Part shown: in pieces, positions 8,792 to 17,503 of the stretch | Position numbering within the stretch: position 1 is the first letter of the stretch | How the letters are laid out: every line of letters starts with the position of its first letter | Assembly: GCA_963555985.3 (NCBI GenBank) | Contig: OY820591.1 | Span: 2,125,053 to 2,189,052 of the forward strand | DNA from: Dehalococcoidia bacterium | GTDB lineage: Bacteria > Chloroflexota > Dehalococcoidia > Bin125 | Reading direction: 5' to 3' | Length of the DNA: 64,000 nucleotides | Notes under the pieces: generated by a model | Told to the model about the DNA's origin: nothing | Database searches by the model: none | The model's input: only the letters and a program-made list of their open reading frames with translations | Translations under genes and position numbers: made by a program

Positions 8792-9175
8792 ATGTCCGAC
8801 GCCGAAGCGATTGTCAACGCCTTCATGGCCGAATTCGACGCCGAGCATCCCGACCCGGACAAGCTCGCGTCCTACTTCACCGACGATGCGATCTACAACA
8901 ACATGCCGGTGGATATGCCGGCGGCAGAAGGCATCGAGGCGATTAAGGCAGCCCTTCAGGGCATCTCGCAGATGACCTCGCGGGGCTGGGAAGTGACCCA
9001 CTCGGCCTCGGCCGGCGATGTCGTCTTGAACGAGCGCGTCGACCGATTCACAATCGGCGGAGCCAGCGTCGACGTCGAGGTCTGCGGCGTCTTCGAACTG
9101 CGCGACGGCAAGATTCATCGCTGGCGCGACTACTTCGACATGGCCTCGTTCCAGAAGCAGATGCCCGGCGGCTAG
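8792..9175 (+). CDS. Limonene-1,2-epoxide hydrolase-like / SnoaL (NTF2-fold) protein
   Basis: 127 aa. FTDDAIYNNMP ... ERVDRF ... GVFELRDGKIHRWRDYFD matches the LEH family signature. Confidence 0.7.
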   Translation: MSDAEAIVNAFMAEFDAEHPDPDKLASYFTDDAIYNNMPVDMPAAEGIEAIKAALQGISQMTSRGWEVTHSASAGDVVLNERVDRFTIGGASVDVEVCGVFELRDGKIHRWRDYFDMASFQKQMPGG

Positions 9176-9182
9176 CGCTACC

Positions 9183-10115
9183 TCAGTCGCGGCCGAACGC
9201 CGCACGCAGTTCGGCCGCAATCTGGTCGAGGGCCTGGTTACCTTCGGGCACGGCCTGGAACGCACCCACGAAGCCGTGGATCACACCGTCGTAGCGGGTG
9301 CAGCTTGACTGGTTGCCGGCGGCGGCGAGGGCAGCGGCATAGGCTTCGCCTTCGTCGCGGAGCGAGTCGTACTCGGCGGTGATGGTCAGGGCTCTGGGCA
9401 GGTTGGAGAGGTCGTCGGCTCGGATCGGCGAGGCATAGGGCTGCGATCCCTCGGACTCGTCGTTCAGATACAGATCCCAGAACCAACGCATCCCCGCCTC
9501 CGAAAGACCGTACTCGCCGCGACCGTTGACCTTGTAGGACTCGGTCTCGAAGTTGAAGTCCGTGACCGGATAGATCAAGATCTGGGCAGCAATCTGCGGC
9601 CCGCCCCGATCGCGCGCCATCTGCGAGACCACGGCGGCCAAGTTGCCCCCGGCCGAGTCCCCGGCCACTGCGATCTGGTCGCTCGGGCCGCCCTGCTGGG
9701 CGTACATGCCGGTGATCCACTCGAGCGCCGCGTAGCAGTCCTCAGCCGCCGCCGGATAGGTCGCCTCCGGCGCGAGCCGATAGTCAACCGACAGCACGCT
9801 GGTCGGAACCCGGTTGCAGAGCGCTCGGCAAACCGCGTCGTGCGAGTCGAGGTCGCCGATCACCCAGCCGCCGCCGTGGAAGTAGACCACGGTCGGCAAG
9901 TCGCGCGGGTCGTCGGTGGGCAGGTAGCCGCGAGCGGGGATATCGCCGGCCGGTCCGGGGATGACCATCTCGTGGACCTGGGCGACGGGTTCGGGCTCGC
10001 CCTGTGGTCGCAGCGCGGCCATGGCCTTACGAGCTTCCTCGGGCGACAGTTCATTGAATGGCGTCGCGCCGGCTCGCATGTCAAGGATGGCCTGAGTTTC
10101 AGCGGTGACGGGCAT
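9183..10115 (-). CDS. Alpha/beta hydrolase, hormone-sensitive-lipase (HSL) family esterase
   Basis: HGGGWVIGD oxyanion motif and GDSAGGNLAA nucleophile elbow. Trimmed to ATG 10115 (MPVTAETQAIL). Confidence 0.85.
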   Translation of the reverse strand: MPVTAETQAILDMRAGATPFNELSPEEARKAMAALRPQGEPEPVAQVHEMVIPGPAGDIPARGYLPTDDPRDLPTVVYFHGGGWVIGDLDSHDAVCRALCNRVPTSVLSVDYRLAPEATYPAAAEDCYAALEWITGMYAQQGGPSDQIAVAGDSAGGNLAAVVSQMARDRGGPQIAAQILIYPVTDFNFETESYKVNGRGEYGLSEAGMRWFWDLYLNDESEGSQPYASPIRADDLSNLPRALTITAEYDSLRDEGEAYAAALAAAGNQSSCTRYDGVIHGFVGAFQAVPEGNQALDQIAAELRAAFGRD

Positions 10116-10180
10116 GGTGTCTCCTGTCGGTTGACTCTTGCGCTCCCCTCGCAAGGGGATGTCCACGCATCATCGAGATT

Positions 10181-10279
10181 CCGTCATTGCCGCGCTCCGC
10201 CGCGGCAATCTCGCCTTGTTGTGCACCGACGGCCGTGCCGAACACAGCCAGATACCCGCGGCAAGCGCGGGTATGACGG
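10181..10279 (+). repeat. MITE-like palindromic element, family A, copy 1 (termini CCGTCAT...ATGACGG)
   Basis: ccgtcattgccgcgctccgccgcggcaat (9-bp stem) ... tacccgcggcaagcgcgggtatgacgg (8-bp stem). The first 34 nt and last 29 nt are identical to the copy at 23776..23870. Confidence 0.8.
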
Positions 10280-10302
10280 TGGTATGTGGGCAGGTCTCCT
10301 GT

Positions 10303-11229
10303 CTAAATCCGCTCGTTGATGAAGGCGGCGGCTTCCTTGAGGCACTCGACGCCGGTCGGGATGATCGCGAACATCATGAACGGGTCGTGAATCACGCCGT
10401 CGTAGCGGTGCACCGTCACCTCACCGCCCGCTGCCTCAATTGCCGCGCCGTAGGCCTCGCCCTCGTCGCGCAGGGGATCGAACTCGGCTGTCTGGATCAG
10501 CGCAGGGGCGAGACCGGAGAGGTCCCCGGCCTGCAAGGGCGATGCATACGCTTCCTGGCCCGATCCGGCATTCGGGAGATAGTGATCCCAGAACCAGACC
10601 ATCGAAGCGCGGGTCAGCAGATAGCCCTCGGCGTTCTCCGAGTAGGACGGGTAGTCGTAGTTGTGATCGGTCACCGGCACGTGCAACACCTGCGCCGCGA
10701 TCGCGGGGCCGCCCTTGTCGCGCGCCATCTGCGACACGACTGCTGAGAGATTGCCGCCGGCTGAGTCCCCGCAGACCGCCATCCGCGAACCGTCCACGCC
10801 GATCTCGGCGCCGTTCTCTGCCACCCACGCCGCCGCCGCGTAGCAGTCGTCGGCTGCGGCCGGGTACTTATGCTCTGGAGCGAGCCGATAATCGACCGAA
10901 ACTACGGCCGCCTCACCAATCTCAGCTAAGAGCTGCTTGCAGGTGCCGTCGTGCGAGCCGATGTTGCCAATCACCCAACCGCCGCCGTGGAAGTACATCA
11001 CCACCGGCAGGTTGTCGCCCGCTGAGGCGTAGATGCGCACCGGAATATCGCCGCCGGGCCCGGGCACGGTGCGGTCTTCGACCCGCGCCGGCTCGGGCGC
11101 GCCGGCCTGCATCATGGCGAAGCCCTCGATCATGGCCCGCGCCTCTTCCGGCGTCTGCTCGGAGATATCCGGTCCGCCCTGCTGCTCCAGCATCGCCAAC
11201 AGTCCCTGAGTCTCTGGTGTTGGGGGCAT
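10303..11229 (-). CDS. Alpha/beta hydrolase, HSL family esterase (paralogue 2)
   Basis: HGGGWVIGN and GDSAGGNLSA motifs. Collinear with 9183..10115. Confidence 0.85.
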   Translation of the reverse strand: MPPTPETQGLLAMLEQQGGPDISEQTPEEARAMIEGFAMMQAGAPEPARVEDRTVPGPGGDIPVRIYASAGDNLPVVMYFHGGGWVIGNIGSHDGTCKQLLAEIGEAAVVSVDYRLAPEHKYPAAADDCYAAAAWVAENGAEIGVDGSRMAVCGDSAGGNLSAVVSQMARDKGGPAIAAQVLHVPVTDHNYDYPSYSENAEGYLLTRASMVWFWDHYLPNAGSGQEAYASPLQAGDLSGLAPALIQTAEFDPLRDEGEAYGAAIEAAGGEVTVHRYDGVIHDPFMMFAIIPTGVECLKEAAAFINERI

Positions 11230-11301
11230 GGATCACGCCTTTCTTCGTCAGTGTCTACGGATTGCGCCGCTTTGGTGCGCAGCGTGCGGGCAGGATAACC
11301 G

Positions 11302-12426
11302 CTATTCGACAATCCCATAAGCGCGCTTGAGCGCCAGAATCCGCTCCGCCGATTCGTAGATGCGCTCCTCCGAAATCTCCCCCGCTTCCACCGCCGCCAG
11401 AATTGCCTCTTTGATCTCCGCGAGCTGCCCCAAGTCATAGCCCGGGCTCTGATTCGTGGCCAGCAGCACGTCCGCCCCCGCGAGAATCGCGGCCACCGCC
11501 GCCCCGCCCAACCCGTACTGCTCCACAATCGCCGCATACATCACGTCGTCCGACACAATCACTCCCTCGAAGCCCAACTCGTCGCGCAGCACACCGGCGA
11601 CGATCGCCGGCGACAACGAAGCCGGCCTGCCGCTGGAATCGAGCACGCGATTGACCACGTGCGAGACGAAGATCGCGTCGTCGTAGCCGTCGGCGATCAA
11701 CGCCCGATAAGGCGATAACTCGACATCATGCTGATACGTCTCCGACACATCGGGAATCCCTCGATGCCTCACGCCGGCGTCGCTCCCGTGACCGGGAAAG
11801 TGCTTCAAGATCGGAATCACGCCGCCGTCCCGCAGCGCGCCGGCAAAGGCCGCCGCGTGCGCCGCGACCACCTCGGGATCCGCGCTGAATGAGCGCTCCA
11901 GCCCGCCAATCGAGGGGCTGTCGGCGACCAAGTTGACATCCACGACCGGCGCGAAGTTCCAGTTGATGCCCAACTTGGCGAGTTCCGTTGCCAAGTCAGC
12001 GGCAATCGATTCGGTCTCCGAGATTGGCCCAGCTCCAAGCGCCTGATGGCTTGGCACAACGACTCGGAATCCGTAGCGCTCCTTCAATCGATGCACCACC
12101 CCGCCCTCGGCGTCGACGGCGATGAAATAGGCGACGTGCGCCTGGTCTTGCAGCGCGGCGATCAGGTCGCGCAACTGCTCAGGTGAGGCGATGTTGCGCT
12201 CGGCTACGCCGTCGGAGGGAAAGTCGCGGTCGTAGAGGATGACGCCGCCCGGACGCACTTCGTCCAGTATGGCGCGCACGTCCGTATCGAGCGTCTCGCC
12301 GCGAAAGCCAACCAGCAGCATCTGCCCCACAGCGTCTTCGAGCGACAACGAGTCATCGTCGCCGCAGCCGACGAGAGCTACCGCCGCAATCAGCAGTCCG
12401 GCAAGGACAAGGAGCGTCCGCTTCAC
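11302..12426 (-). CDS. Glycoside hydrolase family 3 N-terminal domain lipoprotein (NagZ-like beta-N-acetylhexosaminidase)
   Basis: LIAAVALVGCGDD lipobox and the KHFPGHG motif characteristic of GH3/NagZ. Confidence 0.8.
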   Translation of the reverse strand: MKRTLLVLAGLLIAAVALVGCGDDDSLSLEDAVGQMLLVGFRGETLDTDVRAILDEVRPGGVILYDRDFPSDGVAERNIASPEQLRDLIAALQDQAHVAYFIAVDAEGGVVHRLKERYGFRVVVPSHQALGAGPISETESIAADLATELAKLGINWNFAPVVDVNLVADSPSIGGLERSFSADPEVVAAHAAAFAGALRDGGVIPILKHFPGHGSDAGVRHRGIPDVSETYQHDVELSPYRALIADGYDDAIFVSHVVNRVLDSSGRPASLSPAIVAGVLRDELGFEGVIVSDDVMYAAIVEQYGLGGAAVAAILAGADVLLATNQSPGYDLGQLAEIKEAILAAVEAGEISEERIYESAERILALKRAYGIVE

Positions 12427-12893
12427 TGCGCGTCAAGCCACTGGCGGGTCATCTCCGCGTGGCCGACATGCTCGGCGGTGTGCGCCAGCGCCCGATCGAC
12501 CAGCTCGTACCCGCTCAGATTCCGGTCCATGAACAGGTGATAGTGCGGGCCGTCCCAAGCCTCATCGGAGAGTCCGACTAGCGCCGACTCAATCGATGCT
12601 TTCGCTCCGGCCCAACGTTCGGCGAGCAGACCCTGTGGGTCATCGAACGATGCCGCCCGCGAGTCGAACTCGGCCTGGCGGCTGCGGTCGAGCTGCTCAC
12701 CCGCGAGCACTTCCACGATGTTCCATTCGGTCGCCGAGATCGCATGGGTGGCGAGGATGAACATCGTTGAAGCGTCGTCCCAGGGCGCGGTGTCGAGCTG
12801 TGCGGTCGTGAGCCCGTCGGCGGCGGCGAGGATGCGCTCGACTAGTTCGCAGGCGGTCTCGAATGCGGGCAGAGCGGGTCCGGTCAGGGGCAT
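12423..12893 (-). CDS. DinB-family (four-helix bundle, metal-binding) protein
   Basis: 156 aa with His-containing helices (ILATHAISATEW ... ALAHTAEHVGHAEM) typical of DinB/MDMPI_N-like proteins. 4-nt overlap with the GH3 gene. Confidence 0.55.
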   Translation of the reverse strand: MPLTGPALPAFETACELVERILAAADGLTTAQLDTAPWDDASTMFILATHAISATEWNIVEVLAGEQLDRSRQAEFDSRAASFDDPQGLLAERWAGAKASIESALVGLSDEAWDGPHYHLFMDRNLSGYELVDRALAHTAEHVGHAEMTRQWLDAQ

Positions 12894-13000
12894 CAGCGTC
12901 TTCCAATCTGCTGCCTATACTCCGACTGGCTGCGTGAGTACCCGCAGTGTATTCGGCGGCGCTCCCAAAACGTGCACCGCCTCCGGATAAGGACATCCCG

Positions 13001-13930
13001 ATGAAAGCCGATCCCCAGACCATCGCGCTGAACGAAATGATCGAAGCCGCCTCGGCGCAGGGCAAGCCTTGGCACGAGATGGAGCCGCAGGAGCTGCGCG
13101 ACGTGCTCGCCGAGGGCGGCCCGTTCGGCCCGCCGCCGCCGCGCCTGGACGACATCGCACAGGAACGCAATGTACCGGGCCCGGCCGGCGACATCCCCGT
13201 CCGCGTCTTCATTCCGCCCGTCGTGCGCGGCGTCTACCTGCACATCCACGGCGGCGGCTGGGTGATCGGCTCCCACGACGGCGCCGACGAGTCCCTCTGG
13301 GCGCGCGCCCAGGCCACGCAGCAGGCGGTCGTCTCGGTCGGCTACCGGCTCTCGCCCGAGCACCCCTATCCCGCGCCCAACGAGGACTGCGAGGCAGCCG
13401 CCGTCTGGCTGGTCGAGAACGGTCAGTCGGAGTTCGGCACCGACGTGTTCACGATCGGCGGCGAGTCGGCGGGCGGCCACCTCTCTGCGACCACCCTGCT
13501 GCGAATGCGCGACAACCACGGCTACACCGGTTTCAAAGGCGCAGCCCTCACCTACGGCGTCTACGACCTCCGCCACTCACCCTCAGCGCGTCTGTGGGGC
13601 GACCGCAACCTGATCCTCTCCTCGCCGATCATGGAGTGGTTCATCGACCACTACGTCACCCCCGAACAACCCGAACTGCGCGACCTCCCCGACGTCACCC
13701 CCCTCCTCGCCGACCTCTCCGACATGCCGCCGGCCATCTTCACCGTCGGAACCCTCGATCCCCTGCTCGACGACAGCCTCTTCATGGCCGCCCGCTGGCA
13801 AGCCGCCGGCCACGAGACCGAGCTCCACGTTTTCCCCGAAGCCCCCCACGGCTTCGACGGCTTCCCCACGCCGGCGGGGATGGACGCGACCAATCGGGTC
13901 AACAACTTCCTCTCAGGCTGTTTGGGGTAG
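13001..13930 (+). CDS. Alpha/beta hydrolase, HSL family esterase (paralogue 3)
   Basis: HGGGWVIGS and GESAGGHLSA motifs. Start ATG 13001 with AAGGA upstream. Confidence 0.85.
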   Translation: MKADPQTIALNEMIEAASAQGKPWHEMEPQELRDVLAEGGPFGPPPPRLDDIAQERNVPGPAGDIPVRVFIPPVVRGVYLHIHGGGWVIGSHDGADESLWARAQATQQAVVSVGYRLSPEHPYPAPNEDCEAAAVWLVENGQSEFGTDVFTIGGESAGGHLSATTLLRMRDNHGYTGFKGAALTYGVYDLRHSPSARLWGDRNLILSSPIMEWFIDHYVTPEQPELRDLPDVTPLLADLSDMPPAIFTVGTLDPLLDDSLFMAARWQAAGHETELHVFPEAPHGFDGFPTPAGMDATNRVNNFLSGCLG

Positions 13931-13935
13931 CCAAG

Positions 13936-13977
13936 CTCTCCCCCTTTGGGGGAGATGTCGCGGAGCGACAGAGGGGG
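13936..13977 (+). repeat. REP-like double hairpin, family B (ctctccccc-loop-gggggagatgtc.cg.ag.gacagaggggg)
   Basis: ctctccccctttgggggagatgtcgcggagcgacagaggggg. Ends 7 nt before the stop codon of the DUF559 gene. Confidence 0.8.
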
Positions 13978-13984
13978 CTGCCCG

Positions 13985-14344
13985 CTAAAGCAACTCGGCT
14001 CCAATTCGGTCCACCACCGCCTCAAGGTCTCGATGAACCTCGTCGTTCCAGAATCGGAGCACGCGATCACCCATTGCCTCCAGGTACTGAGTACGTTCGG
14101 TGTCGTGTTCCGTCCGCTCTGAATGTTGACCACCGTCCAGTTCAACGATCAGTTTCTCAGGGACGCAGGCAAAGTCCGCAACATAGCGACCAATCGGATG
14201 TTGCCGCCGGAACCGGTAACCAGCAAGTTGGCGGCGGCGTAGCCGACCCCAGAGCAGTACTTCTGCGTCGGTAGCGTTCGAGCGCAGTTTTCTGGCAAAT
14301 CCGATTTGCTCTCGAGGCGCATACTCGTAGTCGCGTTGTGCCAT
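13985..14344 (-). CDS. DUF559 endonuclease-domain protein (Vsr/restriction-endonuclease-like fold)
   Basis: ARKLRSNATDAEVLLWGRLRRRQLAGYRFRRQHPIGRYVADFAC...LIVELDGGQH...D..R...L...G..VLRFWN is the classic DUF559 pattern. Confidence 0.85.
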   Translation of the reverse strand: MAQRDYEYAPREQIGFARKLRSNATDAEVLLWGRLRRRQLAGYRFRRQHPIGRYVADFACVPEKLIVELDGGQHSERTEHDTERTQYLEAMGDRVLRFWNDEVHRDLEAVVDRIGAELL

Positions 14345-14362
14345 TGTCGACGCCTCGGCCAG

Positions 14363-14403
14363 CTCCCTCCGCCCCTACGGGGCACCTCCCCCAGAGAGGA
14401 AGG
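14363..14403 (-). repeat. REP family B, diverged inverted copy
   Basis: Its rc, cctctctgggggaggtgccccgtaggggcggagggag, aligns with gggggagatgtcgcggagcgacagaggggg of 13936..13977. Confidence 0.6.
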
Positions 14404-14412
14404 TCTTGAGAG

Positions 14413-16038
14413 CTAATTCACCCGCTTCTCCACACCTTCCCAGTACGCCTCGCGCAACTCGAACTTCTTCAGCTTGCCCGTCGCCGTGCGCGGCAGCGTC
14501 TCCACAAACTCCACCCGACGCGGAATCTTGAAACCCGCCATCGTCGCCCGACAGTGCGCGACGATATCGTCCCTCGTCACATCATGACCCTCCCGGGGCA
14601 CAATCAGCGCCAGCGGCGTCTCACCCCACTGCTCTGAGGGAATCCCGATCACCGCCGCCTCTAGCACGGCGGGGTGGTCGTACAACACGTCTTCGACCTC
14701 GATCGACGAGATGTTCTCGCCGCCGGAGATAATCACGTCTTTCGCCCGGTCGACGATGTTGATGTAGCCGTCCTGGTTGACCGTGGCCATGTCGCCGGTG
14801 TGGAACCAGCCGTCCACGATCACCTTGTCGGTCTCCTCCTGCTGCTCCCAGTAGCCGCGCAGGACGACGTTGGAGCGGGCGACGACTTCTCCGATCTCGG
14901 TGTCGTCCCAGGCGACCTCCTTGCCGGAATCGCGCACGACCTTGACTTCCACGCCGATCACGTCATGGCCGGCGCGAACCTTGGTGCGGAAGTAGCCGTC
15001 CTCATCCACGCCGAGGTACGGCTTGACCTCCGAGACGGTGAGGATCGGCGAGGTCTCGGTTAGGCCGTAGATCTGGATGAACTCCCAACCCAGTTCCTGC
15101 TCCAGGCGCTCGATGAACGCCTGCGGGGGCGGTGCGCCGGCGACCGTGAAGCGCGGGCGAACGGTGATGTTGTAGTCGTCCTTGGCGCCAAATTCGAGGA
15201 TGCGCGCAAGCACGGCGGGAGCCATGCACGCAAACGTGCAGCCCTCGTCCTGGATCAGGCGGTAGATGTCGTGCGCCTCCGGCGCGCGCAGCACTACGTG
15301 CTTGCCGCCCATAGCCGTGATCGCGTACACCCCGCCCCAGCCGTTCGCGTGGAACATCGGCAGCGTCCACAACTCCGCGTCGTCCTGACAGATGCGCAGG
15401 TGGGCAATGAAGTTGTAGGCGTTGATGTAGGCGTTGCGATGCGTGATCATCACGCCCTTGGGCCGCGCGGTCGTCCCGGAGGTGTAGTTGATCGAGAGCA
15501 GGTCGGTTTCGGCCAGCCCCGGATCGGGCGGCTGCGCGGTCGAATGGCTGCCGATCCAATCCTCGTAGTTCGTCCAGCCCGGATGAATCGGCGCGTCCTC
15601 AAAGGGGATGGCGATGAAGTGCTCGACCGTGCTGATTCCCTCTCGAACGTCATCGACGAGGTGCAGAAACTCCGCATCGACCAGCACGACCTTCGAGCCG
15701 GAATGCTCCAGCATGTACTCGAAGTCGGAGGGCACGAGCCGGTAGTTCATCGGTACGATCACTGCGCCGATCGCGGCGGTCGCGTAGAACGTCTCCAGGA
15801 ACTGGTGCGAGTTGGGCGCGATGATCGCAACCCGATCGCCCTTGCCGATCCCGGCCGCGAGCAGAGCATGAGCCTGCTGATTGACGCGAGCGTTGAACTC
15901 GGACCAGGTGAGGCGAGCGTCGCGGTCGACGACGGCCTCAGCAGGGCCGTAGAGCTTCGACGCACGGCGCACAAAATCATTGACCAACAGCGGGACTTCC
16001 ATCACAAACTCCAATCCGCCGACCTCGTTGACCGCCAT
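14413..16038 (-). CDS. AMP-dependent acyl-CoA synthetase/ligase (FadD-like)
   Basis: YTSGTTARPKGV AMP-binding motif, GYWEQQEET, GWFHTGD and a C-terminal PRTATGKLKK lysine motif. Confidence 0.9.
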   Translation of the reverse strand: MAVNEVGGLEFVMEVPLLVNDFVRRASKLYGPAEAVVDRDARLTWSEFNARVNQQAHALLAAGIGKGDRVAIIAPNSHQFLETFYATAAIGAVIVPMNYRLVPSDFEYMLEHSGSKVVLVDAEFLHLVDDVREGISTVEHFIAIPFEDAPIHPGWTNYEDWIGSHSTAQPPDPGLAETDLLSINYTSGTTARPKGVMITHRNAYINAYNFIAHLRICQDDAELWTLPMFHANGWGGVYAITAMGGKHVVLRAPEAHDIYRLIQDEGCTFACMAPAVLARILEFGAKDDYNITVRPRFTVAGAPPPQAFIERLEQELGWEFIQIYGLTETSPILTVSEVKPYLGVDEDGYFRTKVRAGHDVIGVEVKVVRDSGKEVAWDDTEIGEVVARSNVVLRGYWEQQEETDKVIVDGWFHTGDMATVNQDGYINIVDRAKDVIISGGENISSIEVEDVLYDHPAVLEAAVIGIPSEQWGETPLALIVPREGHDVTRDDIVAHCRATMAGFKIPRRVEFVETLPRTATGKLKKFELREAYWEGVEKRVN

Positions 16039-16105
16039 TATCGCACTGCCTCGTCGGGCATCGGCGGTAGCCTAGAATTGCTAATGCGTTCTGAGGGAGG
16101 CTGGC

Positions 16106-17503
16106 ATGGAGATCGTGATCGGGCTAGTGATCGGGTTGGCGGTCGGAGCGCTGATCGCGTTCATCGTCCACCGCCAGGCATCAGCCCTGCGCACTGAATT
16201 GGACGAGGCGAAAGAGTCGGCTCTCCGCACCGAGATTGCGAAGACCGAGGCGCAGAGCGAGGTGGAGGCTCGCAAGCGCGAGGCGGACAACATGCTCGCC
16301 GAACGCAACCAGGCGCGTGAGGCATTGGGTTTGCGGGAGCAGGAGCTGTCGCGCTCGAAATCGCAGCTGGCTGAAGTCCAGGCTGATCATGCTGCGCGGA
16401 TCGAGGAACTGGACAAGTACCGCGCCGATCTGGAGGAGCGCTTCAGGGGCATCGCCTCCAGTGTCACCCAATCAACCCGCGAAGACTTCATCAAGGAATT
16501 CCGCGACCTGACCAAGCAACAGTCGGATGCGTCCGCCGAACTGGTCGGCAACACCGTCAAGCCGCTCCAGGAGTCGCTGCAAAAGCTCGATCGAGGCAAC
16601 CAGGAGCTGGAGAAGGCGCGCGAAAACGCCTACGCAGACCTACGCCGGACATTGTTGTCCTCGAACGAAGCGATCGCCACGTTGCAGAGCGCAACCGGCG
16701 ATCTCCGTGAAGCTCTGCGCTCACCGCAGGTGCGAGGGCTCTGGGGCGAACAGCAGCTACAGACCGTAATCGAGGCGGCCGGGTTGAGGGAGCACATCGA
16801 CTACGCCGCTCAGGAAACGCACGGAGCGGCGCGACCCGATGTGATCGTGCACATTCCCGGAGATCGAAGCGTCGTGATCGACGCTAAGACGCCCTTCGAT
16901 TCGTACCTCAATGCGCTCGCGGCGGAGGATGACGCGGCCGAACGCAGCCTGCTCAATCAGCACGCCGCCTCGCTCTATCAACACGCCGGCGATTTGGGCA
17001 AAAAGGACTATTCGCAACAGGTGACAGGAGCATTGGACTTCGTGATCTTGTTCGTCCCCTCTGACGCCATCCTCGACGCCGCCCTCAAAGTCCGCCCCGC
17101 GCTCTGGGAGGACTCGTGGCGACAGCACCGCGTCCTCCTCGCCACGCCCGGCTCGCTAATCGCCTTTCTGCGCGCCGTCGCGCTCGTTTGGCAGCAACAG
17201 AAGGTGCAAGAGAACGCTCAAGACATCGCCGACGCCGCCCGTGAACTCTACGACCGGCTCGGCGTCTACAGCGGTCACGTGCTCAGGATGGGTAATCAGC
17301 TCAGCAGCGTGGTCAACACCTACAACCAGTCCGTCGGCTCGTTCCAGTCAAGAGTCCTCCCGCAGGCGCGTCGGATCGAAGACCTCAGCGAGATCGAACA
17401 GTCACGCCGAATCGGGGAACCTGAACCTGTCCTGACCGAGCCGCGAGAACTGCGCGCGCCCGAAGTCCGCGAACTGCCGGACAATCTCGAAGCCGCCGAC
17501 TAA
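16106..17503 (+). CDS. rmuC: DNA recombination protein RmuC
   Basis: N-terminal TM, a long coiled coil, then a C-terminal nuclease-like region (PDVIVHIPGDRSVVIDAKTP...DFVILFVPSDA) typical of RmuC. Confidence 0.85.
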   Translation: MEIVIGLVIGLAVGALIAFIVHRQASALRTELDEAKESALRTEIAKTEAQSEVEARKREADNMLAERNQAREALGLREQELSRSKSQLAEVQADHAARIEELDKYRADLEERFRGIASSVTQSTREDFIKEFRDLTKQQSDASAELVGNTVKPLQESLQKLDRGNQELEKARENAYADLRRTLLSSNEAIATLQSATGDLREALRSPQVRGLWGEQQLQTVIEAAGLREHIDYAAQETHGAARPDVIVHIPGDRSVVIDAKTPFDSYLNALAAEDDAAERSLLNQHAASLYQHAGDLGKKDYSQQVTGALDFVILFVPSDAILDAALKVRPALWEDSWRQHRVLLATPGSLIAFLRAVALVWQQQKVQENAQDIADAARELYDRLGVYSGHVLRMGNQLSSVVNTYNQSVGSFQSRVLPQARRIEDLSEIEQSRRIGEPEPVLTEPRELRAPEVRELPDNLEAAD

